DNA from: Neophaeotheca triangularis
Lineage: Eukaryota
Direction of reading: 5' to 3'
Length of the DNA: 64,000 nucleotides
NCBI GenBank assembly: GCA_054600435.1
Contig: BAAIJX010000002.1
Span: forward strand, 372,001 to 436,000
Each line of letters begins with the position of its first letter. Position 1 is the stretch's first letter. The notes beneath the pieces were generated by a model, which saw only the letters and a program-made list of their open reading frames with translations, was not told where the DNA came from and did not search any database. This document shows, in pieces, positions 34,792 through 47,420 of this stretch. The translations under genes were made by a program, and so were the position numbers.

Positions 34792-36198
34792 CTACGCCCC
34801 TTTCGACGCAAACCGTTCCGAGCTCGTCGTCTTCTCGATGCTCCCTTGGTCTCGGCTCCAAGGCCGACCGTCCATCGGAGGAGTCTCGCTTACAATCGAT
34901 ATATCGATCTGGCGGTGGTATTGCCGTGAATCGGGGTCCTGGGTCATCTCGGAGGGTCCTCCGCCCTTGATATCAACCGTGGATTTCCCGTACCTATCGA
35001 AGCCCTCCCCGATATCGTCCATGGGCAAATAGCTCGCCGACGGGTGAGCTGTTTGCTGGAACGCGAACCGATCGTGCTGGAACCATTGGAGACTCCGTAA
35101 CGGATTGAAAATGGCACGTTTGCCTCGACTGGTGCCTTCCAGCGACCGGGTGTTACTATTGCTCGAGCGCAGTGAGGTAATCTTTGTCGAGAATTTTGTA
35201 GAGAACTTTGTGATCGGTCCGCGGAGTAGAGTCTTAATGGCTGGAGCGCATGCGCACATCTGCGAAACCGTCAATCTTCCGGTCACGACGGCAAGGGGGG
35301 TGAATTCCTTGATACTTACGACGGCAATGTCGATTTCAACGGCTGCCGCTATCCACAGCGGGTACGCATACCACGTGACATCGTAGCTGTCCATCAATGA
35401 TTTCCAGATGTAGTACGTCCTGACTATGCCCGCAATAGTAACGACAAAGCCCAAGCAAAGCAGGAAGCAAACGCCGATGCGCTGCTTAACCGGCATCTGG
35501 AGCTGCCATATGATAGGAATAGGCAGAACCGTAACCAAGAGGTCGGAAACGCAATTGATGACGCCGGCAGCAAGAGTCACTCGGCCTTCCGGCAGACAGT
35601 AACCGTGGTCCAGCTGAGGGTAGACCCAATAATACTGGACCGGGGTGCACTGGAACACGGTCAAGGCCACAAAAGAGATGAACACGGCGATGACCCAGAC
35701 CAGACTGGCGTGCAGCACCTTCCTAAACCACTTGATTCCTGCATCTTTGACCAGCCGATAATAAAAGCAGATCAGTGACATCCTGGTGGCGGTGGCGGCG
35801 CAGCTGAACGCGATTTTGGCGACAAACGCAATGATGCCAGCGTTTTGTATCATATCTGGCGGTATGTCGTAAATGTGCCGGTCCCAGCCGTATTCTCGGT
35901 TGGCAAGCAGCACGACCGCGGTCATCCCAAGGGTGAAGATCTGAAGCGCTGAGATTAGCATCCATGGGATTCGCGAGGAGCTGAGAGAGCAGCTCACCAA
36001 CGCAATGGCAATCATTGAGTCGTCGATGCCGTACCATTGCTTGACCACGATGCGAGAGTAGAATCGGAGACCGACGAATAGTACCGTGATACTTATCAGA
36101 GTCCAATTGACCACCAGTAAACCATTCCCTCTCGTAGTGGGATTCTCATAGTTGGGCGTGGGGTAAGTGAGCGCAACTTCGAGGGGTGGCATGCGCAT
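34792..36198 (-). CDS. PTH11-like integral membrane receptor (fungal rhodopsin-domain family, no CFEM domain)
   Basis: Family-typical motifs: PTPNYENPTTRG, LRFYSRIVV...GIDD, GWDRHIYDIP, RMSLICFYYRL, FQCTPVQYYW, DLLVTVLPIPIIWQLQMP, VEIDIAVMCACAP. In-frame introns at 35941-35997 and 35260-35319. Confidence 0.9.
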   Translation of the reverse strand: MRMPPLEVALTYPTPNYENPTTRGNGLLVVNWTLISITVLFVGLRFYSRIVVKQWYGIDDSMIAIALVSCSLSSSRIPWMLISALQIFTLGMTAVVLLANREYGWDRHIYDIPPDMIQNAGIIAFVAKIAFSCAATATRMSLICFYYRLVKDAGIKWFRKVLHASLVWVIAVFISFVALTVFQCTPVQYYWVYPQLDHGYCLPEGRVTLAAGVINCVSDLLVTVLPIPIIWQLQMPVKQRIGVCFLLCLGFVVTIAGIVRTYYIWKSLMDSYDVTWYAYPLWIAAAVEIDIAVVSIKEFTPLAVVTGRLTVSQMCACAPAIKTLLRGPITKFSTKFSTKITSLRSSNSNTRSLEGTSRGKRAIFNPLRSLQWFQHDRFAFQQTAHPSASYLPMDDIGEGFDRYGKSTVDIKGGGPSEMTQDPDSRQYHRQIDISIVSETPPMDGRPWSRDQGSIEKTTSSERFASKGA

Positions 36199-37361
36199 CC
36201 TGGCGGTTATCTCGTCCTTGGTGCTTTGGTTGGAGATGTTGCCGTTTGCATGATATCAAAACGAAGGAAAATGAAGGTTTGGAGGTTCACAGCACGCGGC
36301 CAATATCGACAGGGTAGTCACAATGATCACTCGTGCTCCAAGCAAACCGTTCGGCGGAGATGGGTTACTGGGAGGAGGCGGCGGCGGCGCAAAAGTGTGA
36401 TTGCTCGATGACAGCCAGAGGTCAGGAATACCTTGCTACCAGTATTGATTGGGAAAATAATTGAGGTGGAACTAGGTCCTCCAAAATAAAAGGAAAACAC
36501 ACGCTTCTCGATCCCAGAATGGCTAAAAAGAATTGAAAGTCTGTCGAACCAGTGAATCGTCCAAAGAGTCAGTGGGTGGGTTAGCTGGTGGGTGGCTGTA
36601 TTGTGCTACCGGGCATAGACGCGAGGGTTTCACGGCGCAGATGTCCTGCATGTCATACGCCTCTCCTTGCTTCAATTTCGGGTATGGATACCTCGAATCG
36701 CTGCCACAACGTCTTCTTGAATTCGAGACGCTCAAAGTTCTCGGCGTGAGCGAGGAAATCCACTTGCCTTATCGTGTGCAAGGAGTGGGACATGTGCGGA
36801 CCCATGACGGACACGAGGATGAAGTCGTACCAGCATGGACCGGCTGTGTGGTTGTCACGGAACGAACACGTCGTCTGTGCCCCTCCAGTTGCCTCTTCTA
36901 AATTCTTGTAAGTTTTACTAGCCACGTTGGCAGATGACACGGATGAGGAGGGAGCAAGGTCGAATACCCCAGCCGTATCCCGTCTTGCCCGTATCCAGCT
37001 GTTCTCCCGGTCGAGAAGCTGCATCAAGACGTTGAAGGGTTTGACTCGACAGTAGTAGCGCGGTAGTGTTTTGCAGACATGCATGTGAAACCGGGTATCA
37101 AAACTCTCCTCCTTTGCCACGGAGTCATTCGGTCTATGTTAACAAAAGTCTTGATTCGTGAAGAAGAATTTAGCTTCAGCCATTTCACGTGGCAGATGGA
37201 GCCGAACGGCCTGCGGATAAGCTGATTGGTCGTAGAGTTACTTTGGAAATCATGCAGAAGTGATGATTTATTACAAGTTATATTATTCGCGATTCAAAGG
37301 GAGATCCATGGATAGGTATTCCTGCAGTATCTTGTTACATCATGGGTGATCAAGCTGAGGT

Positions 37362-37570
37362 TGCACAGCACAGCACAGCACAGCACACCACAGTACTGTA
37401 GTCGGCGTTGTCGGCGTTGTGACAGCTCCCAAGCGAGCTCGCCACTCCGGCATTATTATTCCCGGCCGGAACATTTCTACTCCCGTCGCGTTACAACTCG
37501 GCCAAGAGGGAGATGGAGATGGGAGAGGGCGGGCCACGTTCACGTTCACGTGCACGTTCATGTTCATGTC
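37362..37570. repeat. (GCACA)n and (CACGTT)n-like short tandem repeats upstream of the esterase
   Basis: gcacagcacagcacagcacagcacaccacag (~37363-37393) and cacgttcacgttcacgtgcacgttcatgttcatgtc (~37535-37570). Confidence 0.75.
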
Positions 37571-37875
37571 TATGCCCGTCTGGACGATGGCAGGAGGAAG
37601 AACACGGCGCCGTCACGTTTTCGGATCGACAACCTCTTCGACGGGGAGCACGGAGGAGGTAAAAGGTACACTCGGCAACGGTAGCCGGCAGATCAAACAC
37701 GAGGAAAGTCGACTACACATCGTTGTTTGATACTCAATTACTGTACCTTAGCTACCCAGTAGCACTTCATTATTGTCTCCTTGATCAGCCACACCTTCTC
37801 TCTTGTGTGTGACTGCAGATTCAGAATACCCCTACCAACCGCCTCTCTCGGGAACAAATAGACGTCTGCCCAGCC

Positions 37876-38859
37876 ATGGACCAACTACCAGCTCTAGGCA
37901 AGAGCATAATGGACATCGTAATGCCGACCTTCCAAACCTACCGGCCTCTTCTCGAAAAGAACGCCGAGACCATCCGCTCTGTCAAGAAAGAAACCTTCAC
38001 CTACGGTCCACACCCACGACATCAACTAGACATCTACTCGCCACCAAAGCCCGCCCTCATAAACGGCCGCAGACCAGTGCTGATGTTCTTCTACGGCGGC
38101 GGTCTAGTCAACGGCGCCAGAACGCTGCCGCCGTTTGGGGACCTCGTGCACGCCAACGTTGGAGCCTTCTTCGCGCTGCAATTCGGCTACACAGTCGCCG
38201 TCGTCGACTACAGGCTGATGAGCCATGGCGCGAAATTCCCCAGCGGGGGCGAGGATGTGGCCTTGGCCACTGAGTGGCTAGGCAACAATGCTGGGAACGT
38301 GGGTAGCGAGCCCATTGATCTTTTCATCGTTGGTAACTCGGCGGGCGGGATGCATCTCTCTACGTTCCTTCTCCACGATCGTTTCGCGGACACGAGGGAT
38401 ATGCTGTGCACTGGCGGTAGAGGGGGTGTCCGACTGAGAGGTGTTGTACTCCTTTCCGTGCCCTTTCACTTCGAGCTCGCCAATAAAGACCGCTTCGAGG
38501 TGCTCGGTCGATACTACGACGACATCGCATCTGAGAGTCCCCTCGGCTTGTTGAAATCAGCTCGCAAACGCTCGGAACCCCTGGGATTCGTCAAGTCTGG
38601 TGTCCGAGTCTTTGTGCTGGACGCCGAACTCGAGCCTGAAAATGAGATCTTGCAGCCGAATCAGGACTTCGTGCAAGAGTGGCTTCAGATGAGCGACCCT
38701 GACAGCCATCTTGCTCTTGCGTATGACAAGATGATTGGGCACAATCACATTAGTCCCCCATGCGCACTTGGGACAGGAATTGAGCGGGAGGAAGCCTGGG
38801 GACACCAATTGGCCTCCTTTTGTGACAACATCAGAAAATTTGAGCCCAGGAATGCTTAA
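37876..38859 (+). CDS. Alpha/beta-hydrolase (HSL-like esterase / kynurenine formamidase-like)
   Basis: Single exon, 327 aa. YGPHPRHQLDIY, oxyanion FFYGGG, VDYRL, nucleophile elbow GNSAGG, C-terminal GHNHISP. Confidence 0.9.
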   Translation: MDQLPALGKSIMDIVMPTFQTYRPLLEKNAETIRSVKKETFTYGPHPRHQLDIYSPPKPALINGRRPVLMFFYGGGLVNGARTLPPFGDLVHANVGAFFALQFGYTVAVVDYRLMSHGAKFPSGGEDVALATEWLGNNAGNVGSEPIDLFIVGNSAGGMHLSTFLLHDRFADTRDMLCTGGRGGVRLRGVVLLSVPFHFELANKDRFEVLGRYYDDIASESPLGLLKSARKRSEPLGFVKSGVRVFVLDAELEPENEILQPNQDFVQEWLQMSDPDSHLALAYDKMIGHNHISPPCALGTGIEREEAWGHQLASFCDNIRKFEPRNA

Positions 38860-38902
38860 ATGGCTGCGAAAGTGAATACGACGGCGATCATCTGGTTTCG
38901 AG

Positions 38903-40941
38903 CTAGGTAGCTGTGTACATGGCTCGTCTCCTCTCACCCTCGACTGTCAAACCATCGCCCGTAAGGTAATTCTCCATTTCCCACGCCTTCAACCGGCTCG
39001 CCATCAGCAAGTCTACACTGACCGTACTGTCTTTAGCCTCCATCTCTTTTGTCACCCATTTCCAATCTTCAGCGATCAAGAGCTCGGAGTTCGATCCCAT
39101 TTTCTTCTCGGCGGCCGCACTTACGCTCAGTGCGCCTCTCAACTGCGTCATGCTGAAGCCACCTTTTGCCAGCTTGCTGAAGAGCATGGCGTCCAGCCAT
39201 ACTAGGTACATTGTCGTTGCCCAGATGAGCTGGAAAATGACGATCAGCGCCGTCATCATGCGGGAGTACCCCCAGTGGTATAGCCCTGCATTTGGATCTG
39301 GTAGGCACATCGACCGTTGTTCAAATTCTTCCAATGTATAGTGGGTATCCGTGTCTTTGAGACAAAACAAGTGGGACTCCGACGTTCGAAGCGGCTGGTC
39401 CCCAAGGTCGTAGTCATTGCCCTGGAATGTTATGCTGAGACTTTCATTGCCTAGTGGGTAATGGTCAATTTTGCTATCAGCTTTTCAAATGTAGCAATCA
39501 ACTGACACTTCTTGAGGTGCACCTGCTCGTCTGAAGGGACTCTTATATACGCAGCACAAGAGCTAGCATTGAACTCTCGAAAGCGGTTCGCTGTGCTGTT
39601 GTATGAACCTACAGGAATCAGTATAAATGCGATCGGCGTAGGAAGGTACGCTTACAATCCCATATTTCATACGGTCGAATCGCTCTCAGGTACGAGTCAA
39701 CCTGGGACAGACGCAGGTCACAAGGAGAGCCCTGTGCTTCATTCATTGCATATCGGACATCTCGAGGATCGGCAAGGGTACCATTTGGTAAGTTGCATTG
39801 GCCTTGACAAGGTGTTAGTCAATAGTATATTATTTCCACACAGCTCCTATTTGCATAAGTCTCACAATCAGCGAATCGATTCCTGGCATGACTGAACATT
39901 TCGACGAGTCGTAAATCGTCGTTGAAGGACAATTTCGTCCTAGAAACGCATTGGTTGTCGCGCAACCCGATCCGAGAGCCATCCACGAATAGCCGACCCT
40001 CTTCAAAGTTCCCCCCCTGTAACGCTGCCATCATTGCTCTGCACGAACTCCGACGTGGTGCTGATGTATCCAGTGCAAGCGCCGAGGAGGGTAGGTATCG
40101 CTAGGATGTACACTGAAGACATCGTTATGTAGGCGAACAGTGCCGTAGAACGGACCGTTCGGTGTCGGATGAGGTCCACGCTTAGCTTCCACACTGCAGA
40201 TACCGTGATACCATCCAGTGACAAAGCCATAAAACTCCGGAATGGAGTCGGTTTGCTCTCGAGTGACCTTAACAAGGCTTTGCAGAACACTTTGTACCCG
40301 AAGAAAGCCGCCAGCACTTGTCCGCCCCTGCCAATGACAAGATCCCAAGCGGTGTCGACGAGCTTAGCCATCGCAAAGCTCAATCGTGCAAGAGGCTCGT
40401 CGACGATGAAGAGACCTTGAATAGGGGGACCTTCGTAATCTTGGGCAGTCCATGCACCGCAAGTGGTAGGAAGGGGCTCCCACTTAAGACGATGTGGCTG
40501 TACCAGGGCGATGGGTACGATGCCGAAGAAAGCCAGAAGGATGACTGCAAGGACATGCTTTATCGCCGTCTGCCGGGCACTTGGGTTTTTCAAAAGTCTT
40601 CTCGCCCGAGAGAACCCAGTCTTTGCGGAGGCTTTGGAGAAACATAGCGACTTGACTACCCAGGCCAGTGCGGCTTCCTTGCTCAATAAGATGAGCCTCT
40701 TCAGTTTTCCAGGCGTAGCTCCGCTTCCTGGGATTTACGTCCTGTCCTTTGGAGGACGCTCAACATCGTCATCTGTTAGGACGGCATACTCCAGCGTGAC
40801 TGTTGGCTTGTGCACCGCGCCTGTAGGCAGTGGGAGGCTGCTCGTTGCCATGGCATCTCCACGGCCTCCATAGCCCTGTCGGTTCTCAGTGGGAGGTCCA
40901 AAATCGTCTAGCTCGAGAACGGAATACTCCTGCGAAGCCAT
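38903..40941 (-). pseudogene. Multi-exon fungal membrane protein of unknown function with an in-frame stop and a frameshift
   Basis: ATG 40941 (MASQEYSVLELDDFG). A TAA at 40735-40737 sits between two ORFs in the same frame. There is a frameshift at the C7 run 40011-40017. Protein-like segments: LSFAMAKLVDTAWDLVIGRGGQ, PTLLGACTGY, DGSRIGL, YHWGYS...WATTMYLVWLDA. Confidence 0.65.
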
Positions 40942-41694
40942 GGGTACTGGTCCGGCCGATAAAGAGCATGAGAAGAAAATCAAGAAGCTGTACCCAGGAA
41001 TGAAGAACAGACAATCCATGATCTGCCATACGTATGCGTGCCTACCATCCTGCAGTAAGCCGGCTGATTTACCAACCGGCTTTAGTGATACTTGTTGCAG
41101 CCCATTCTCATCAGTGGCGCACCGCAATTTCTTTAGACGCCGGCCAAGGCGATCCTTCACAGCCCCCGGTTACATAGTAGCTGGTGCTAAGAACAAAACA
41201 CAGGCCGATCGCATGCAGGCACTGGGAGCTTGAAACGTAGGAAGACTCTCGTCGAGTTGAGCCGTCCCGCCTGGCTATGAATCATCACGTAATTGTGGTA
41301 GTTGTTCGAGAGTGCGAGAGTAGAGGAAGTCAGAAGTTAGAACAACCAGCAAATGGTTATATACTTCCAGAGGGAAGGAACGCGCACGTGCCATCGACTG
41401 GTTCAACCCATTGAACACCTACTAGTAAGCTACGCTTTACTCTTGGAATTGGCCAAAAGAAATTTGAGCATACACAAAGACAACACTCGAGGTGGGGAAA
41501 GTCGGATGATGCAGGTGGGCTCGTTTAATAATACCTGACTGCCCAACGCACTTCCAATAGACATCCATTGCTGAAAAAGCCCGCGAAACAACGCGCGTCA
41601 TCGCGCCTCAAATGGATATCTTCCCTGCCCGTAACGCCATGCACATCATCTCGCATCATGTTGGAAAGCCGCATGGCCGCTATACAAGCTTCGA

Positions 41695-43205
41695 CTAGTA
41701 GGTCGTCAAAGCACTGACAGCACCACTCTCGAGCACTTCCATAACCAAGCCGGGGAACGTATAGAGCCTAGTATTCCCCAGCCAAGCCTCGCTCCCTCCA
41801 CTTTCCACAACGTCGTTTCCAGAGCCTCCAACGTCGGCGAGGAAGAAGCTGCTGTCGCTTGAAGTGCCACCTGCGGCTCCCCACGTGCGGTTGACAACCT
41901 TGCCGCGGTTCATCTCCGATTGGGGAAAGATGCCACGGTAGGCTGAGGTGAGAGCTGGCTTGATCTCTTCGAAGTTCGACTCCGAGGTAATGGGATCGGA
42001 TTTGTTCTTGAGATCTAGCTCCAACGCCCAGCGAAGACGACGGTGCCTGTTGAAAGCGTAGGAAGCGGGGACATTGCCGTGAATGACGACCTTGCTGACG
42101 ACGAGGTTTTGGCTGTGACCTTTAGTAGGAGGGCCTACCAAGATATCCATACCATGGGAGAAGTAGCACCAGAAGGTTTCGCGAGCAGCACGTTCTGCCG
42201 CATCGTCTTCCTGATCGTCGGAGTCGAAGTCGGCATCGAAAGTGTCGGTTCCGGTGGAATTGTAGCTCGAAGGTGAGGAACCGATTCCAGGTTTGCCGTT
42301 GGGTGCCTGGCGATTAATCGAGCTGCTTCTACGCTGGCTTGGACCGAGAGAAGCGCCATCGCGCTTGTGAGTAGTATCCGGTGGCCCAAGCTCAGAAATG
42401 AGGTCTTGCGGTGTGGTTTGGTTCAGGACGATAGAGAAAGGCTGAGACGGTTGACGACGTTGCAACTCCACATGGCCCCCGGTACGAATGATGGCGCACT
42501 CGAGCTCTGCTGGCAGACTATCTTTTGGGCGAAGAGCAAGGCTGGGCAGGCGTGGACCGCTTGGAGTGCGCACGAAGATATCACCACGCGCTTCCGGCCA
42601 GCTATTACCTTCGAAGACGGCCATGCTCAAGGCTGGACCGGCGGCCATGGAGAGCAACGCGACATGGTCCTTGTCTTTCGAGAAGGCAGAGTGGGCAATC
42701 GGGAAATTGAATGCGATACCAGGCCAGCTGAGACTGTACGAACCACTACTTTGACGACCGCCGGCCTTGGGTGGAAGATATTCGCCTGGATAGCTTGCAC
42801 CAAAAATGGTATAGATGCGTTTGAAATTCGGTCTGCTGCTCTTAAACCCCTCATCTTGATTCTTCGAAAGGTCGGTGCCTTGGTGCAAGAGCTTGATCTT
42901 TCTAAAATCCAAGACTTCAATCATGCGAAGGCGCTGGTCTGGACCGTCAAAGCGTAGACGGACTTCGTTGTGAGGTAGGTGAACGATGACTGGTTTGAGG
43001 AGTGGGGCAGCTGGATCGTAGTGGAGGTTGATCTCAGGGTAGGCGGTTTTGTCTGCTTTGACCAGGCTGAGAACTTGTTGGATCGATGCGCCGAGATCTA
43101 TAAGATGTCAGCTTGCTTAGAGAGTCTCATATCTAGAAAATCAAGGAACTTACAGAAGTTGCCCAAGGCCTTGCCCGGCTGGATGGTAAAGGCCCCCCCA
43201 GACAT
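41695..43205 (-). CDS. UPF0183/PHAF1 (C16orf70-like) protein
   Basis: ATG 43205 (MSGGAFTIQPGKALGNF); intron 43098-43153. Motifs: LRFDGPDQRLRMIEVLDF, IYTIFGASYPGEY, TTPQDLISELGPP, YFSHGMDILV, HGNVPASYAFNRHRRLRW, MNRGKVVNRTWG. Confidence 0.88.
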
Positions 43206-43777
43206 CGTAGGGACGATGGAGGAGACGACAGACGCTTCAGAGGATGTGGACGATCCGAGGGTTAAGCTATCGAGCGATTCCTTGAGAGTGTCCCTTGCAA
43301 AACAGATGTGAGTATGCTGAAGAGTGCGAAGGCAAGTTATGATCCATAGCAGCAGCGTGGATCAGCTGGTGTACATGTTGTCTCAAGCGCAGGCTTAGCT
43401 TGAGGTGGGTTGTTTGTTGAGGCAGCAAGCTTGGTGGCCGAGCAGGGATCAGGGTTCTTGGTGCAGTCGTGCTTTTTCGGTCTGCTCCTTGAGGTCAAGG
43501 TGTTGCTCGTATGATCGAGAGGAGAAGTGTCGAGAGTGTTAAGTGTGAAAATGCGAGTGTCTGTCTCTTGAACAAAGGAGGGCAGTCAGCTGGGGCTCGG
43601 CTACGTCAATAGCTTATCGCTCTTATCGCTACAGTTGTTGCTGGCCATAGCTCCCTCGGCGCGAGCCGGGATAAACAAATCAACACACAACTACCTTGCC
43701 GAGCATGCACGCAGATGTAGACTCGACCGACTTCTCTGCGCAAGACATCCTCGTCGGCATCACCATTTTCTACTAAC

Positions 43778-46700
43778 ATGGCAGCGCCGGCACCTCCACG
43801 GCCTTCGGGACCAAAGAAGACGTCAACTATGCGAGCACCTTCTGTTGCCAGCAACAGACCCGGCGCAAACAGAGCGCAAACAGCCACTCCTACGCTTACG
43901 GGACGAGCTTCGCCCACAGACTCGAACAAGTCACGAACACCCAAGCGCAAAGCGCCTTCGGATGAATCGAGCGAAGAGACCAACATCAATGTGGTTGTGC
44001 GATGTCGAGGCCGCAATGACCGCGAAGTGCGCGAAAACAGCGGTGTCGTTGTTTCCACCGATGGCGTCAAGGGCAACAAGGTCGAGCTCTCCATGGGTCC
44101 GTCAGCGCTCAGCAATAAGACCTATGCTTTTGACAAGGTCTTTTCGCCTGCTGCGGACCAGGGGATGGTCTTTGATGAGGTCGTCTCTCCGGTACTTGAT
44201 GAAGTACGTTACGTTGCCGTGAGGAAGACATCTTTGTTTACCCAGCTAATCGCATCACCAGGTACTTGCGGGTTTCAACTGCACCATCTTCGCGTACGGC
44301 CAGACCGGCACTGGCAAGACCTACACCATGTCGGGCGACATCTCCCCCATCGTCCCCATTCCGGACGCTGCGGGTATCGTGCCACGTGTGCTACACACCC
44401 TCTTCGCCCGACTCGAATCCGACTCTGAAGACGACAACGTTTCGAGCGAAAACAGTGTCAAATGTTCTTTCATCGAACTTTACAACGAAGAGCTGCGAGA
44501 CCTGCTCTCTGCGGACGACAGCACCAAGCTCAAAATCTACGACGATGCAAACAAGAATGGCCGGAGCACAACTCAGGTTCAAGGCATGGAGGAGACACAC
44601 ATAAAGAGCGCGAACAACGGCATCCAGCTGCTTCGGGAAGGAAGTCACAAGCGACAGGTCGCAGCGACGAAGTGCAACGACCTCTCCTCCCGCTCGCACA
44701 CGGTGTTCACGATCACGGTCTACACGAAGCGCACATCGGACACAGGCGAGGACTACGTCTCTGCTGGCAAGCTCAATCTCGTTGACTTGGCAGGTAGCGA
44801 GAACATCCAACGTTCTGGTGCCGAGAACAAGCGCGCAGCTGAAGCCGGCCTTATCAACAAGTCTTTGCTCACGCTTGGGAGGGTGATTAACGCTCTTGTA
44901 GAAAAGAGCAGCCATATACCCTACCGCGAGAGCAAGCTTACGCGCTTGCTGCAGGATTCACTAGGAGGCCGGACCAAAACATGCATCATTGCTACACTTT
45001 CCCCTGCGAAATCAAACCTTGAAGAAACAATCTCGACCCTTGACTATGCTTTCCGCGCCAAAAACATACGCAACAAACCTCAAGTCAACCAGATGGTCTC
45101 CAAGAAGACGCTACTTAGGGAGTTCACCGCGGAGATCGAGAAGCTCAAGTCGGAGCTCATTGCTACAAGGCAGCGCAATGGCGTTTACCTTACTGGCGAA
45201 GCTTACGAGGAGATCACCACCGAGTCCGAGAGCCGTCGCATCTTATCTGAGGAACAAAAAGACCGTATTGAAACCATGGAGTCCAATCTACGCAATAAGG
45301 TTCAAGAGCTGTTCATTTTGACGAGCAACTTCCAGGGCCTGAAGAAGGACAACGAATCCACTCGAATGATGCTCGACGGTACAAAGAGCCTCTTGGAGAA
45401 GACAGAGGTCGTTCTGGCCCACACCAAGCGGTCCCTCTCGGAAGAGACTTATCTACGGGAGGCTCACGAAGAGACCGAGGGTAAGCTGTTCGGCGTTGGC
45501 GGAGAGCTGTTGTCAACGCTCTCAACCACCACCGACCACGTCGATAGGCTACATGAAAAGCTGAGGAGGCGATCTGAGCTTCACGGCGTGAACAAGGGCA
45601 AATGGACGGATTCGCAAAGCCACGTCCTCGAAACAGCTAGTTCCGTAGACGACCGCATAGAGCTTTTGCGAGGTCAACAGGAAGAGCTCCTTGGTGGTCT
45701 CTCGGGACGCATGCAGTCTTTTGTTCAAGACGAAATGCGTGAGCTACTATCCTCGCAGACCCTCCTCAAGGATAAGTCTGCGGCGTTCGAGAAAAGCGAG
45801 GCCGAAGTCAACGCTCAGACATCTAAATCGAAGGAAGAGCTGAACGTGGTGCTCGATGAGATCTGCACCTTGAGAGAGGATGTCAAGGCGAAAGTGGGTA
45901 CCGGTTTGGAAGATCTGTCCGGTGCCGCGAAGAAAATTTCTCAGGGAATTGCGATCGAACTGGAAGCGTTCCACGGGCAATTGCAGGATTCTTATGTGTC
46001 GCTTGGACGGGAGTTTAAAGGTCTATTTGACGGCATGATCAAGAAGATGAATGAGCAACAGGCCGAAGCTGAGAAGCTCAGGCGACAAATCACTGATGCG
46101 GGCGCTGGATTCGTGATGGCCGGACAGACTTCACAGGCACAGCTCCAAGCGGCTGTTGAGGAAGAACGACAGGCTGCAGCTTCAGAACGAGCGACTTTGA
46201 TGGAGCAGATAACGACACTGGTCAACAATACAGCAGCCAGGCAGGAAAGCAGGATGACCGACCACCTCGAAGCAGCAAGCAAGCGCCAGAAGACCTCCGG
46301 ATCTTCGTACCTCGAACAACAACAGGCCTACGGCTCCGACATGGATTCCTGGAGACTATCCTCCCAAGCGCTCATCGACTCTTCCGTCAAGTCCAGGGAT
46401 ACGATCAAGAACAAGCTCAAGGCTGATTGGACCGCTGCAAATGAGCACACGACCCGTATTACCGACACCACCAACGCCGTCCATGGGGAAACTGTTCGCA
46501 TTGTCGACGGCCAGATGTCCCAGATGGATTCGCAGCTTCTGGCCTTGGACGAGATTGTAAATCGTGTCAAAGCTCAAAATGAATCGCACCACGAAGCGCA
46601 CACCAGCAGCCTTTCGAAGCTTGCATCCGATGTCCAACAGAGCTATTCCAGCATTGGTGGAGCATTCGAGACCTCCTACTCTCGTACGAAGTCGTTGGAT

Positions 46701-47420
46701 GAGGAGTTGAGGCAGCGAGTTGCCGCAATGGAGCGGACTCTCCCCGAGCTCAGCAGTGAAAGCGACATTCGGACAGCACTCCAGCTCTTGCGCGACGACG
46801 TCCAAACTGCACAGCTAGCTGAGTACCAGGTTACCGGCCAGACGCCCGCCAAGCAACAATACACCTACCCAACATCACTGCCGCGTACAGAGGCCCACGA
46901 AAACCTACTCGCCCGCCTTAGGGGCGAGCCTCTCCCGGGTCAAGTGCAGAATGCATCGCCAATGAAGAGTCCTAAGAAGAGTCCCACCAAGCGACCATCT
47001 CCAACAAAACCTCGCGGCAGTCCCGCAAAGGTACCCGCGAGCCCCAGCAAAGCGCGCGTCTTCGCCGACAGCCCTCCTGTCCTTCAGATTCAGTCTTCGC
47101 AACATTCAGCAGCACCGGCCTCACGCCCCGTAAGTAAGAACGGAGAGCTTAGAGAGCTTGACGCGAATGCTCTTCCCGTGATGGAAGCCACCCCAGCAGT
47201 AGAGATGGATGCGCCAGTCAAGGCTGTTGCGCCTTCGCTCAAGAGGCTCAAGACGGATCCCCTGAGCCAGTCGGCCGGACCGGACTCAAAACTGCCTATG
47301 AAGAGGAAGACGGCGAGTGATCGTAGCAGCAGCGAGAAGGAAAATCAGATTCTGAGTGCAAGTGTTGGGCCTGGTGGTGTTGGTGGGGGCAGGAGGTTGA
47401 GACCGAGGGGCAGCGATTGA
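43778..47420 (+). CDS. bimC: Kinesin-5 mitotic motor
   Basis: Intron 44204-44261. Motifs: NINVVVRCRGR, P-loop FAYGQTGTGKT, SSRSH, LVDLAGSE, HIPYRESKLTRLLQDSLGG, coiled-coil stalk, BimC box EYQVTGQTPAK. Confidence 0.95.
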
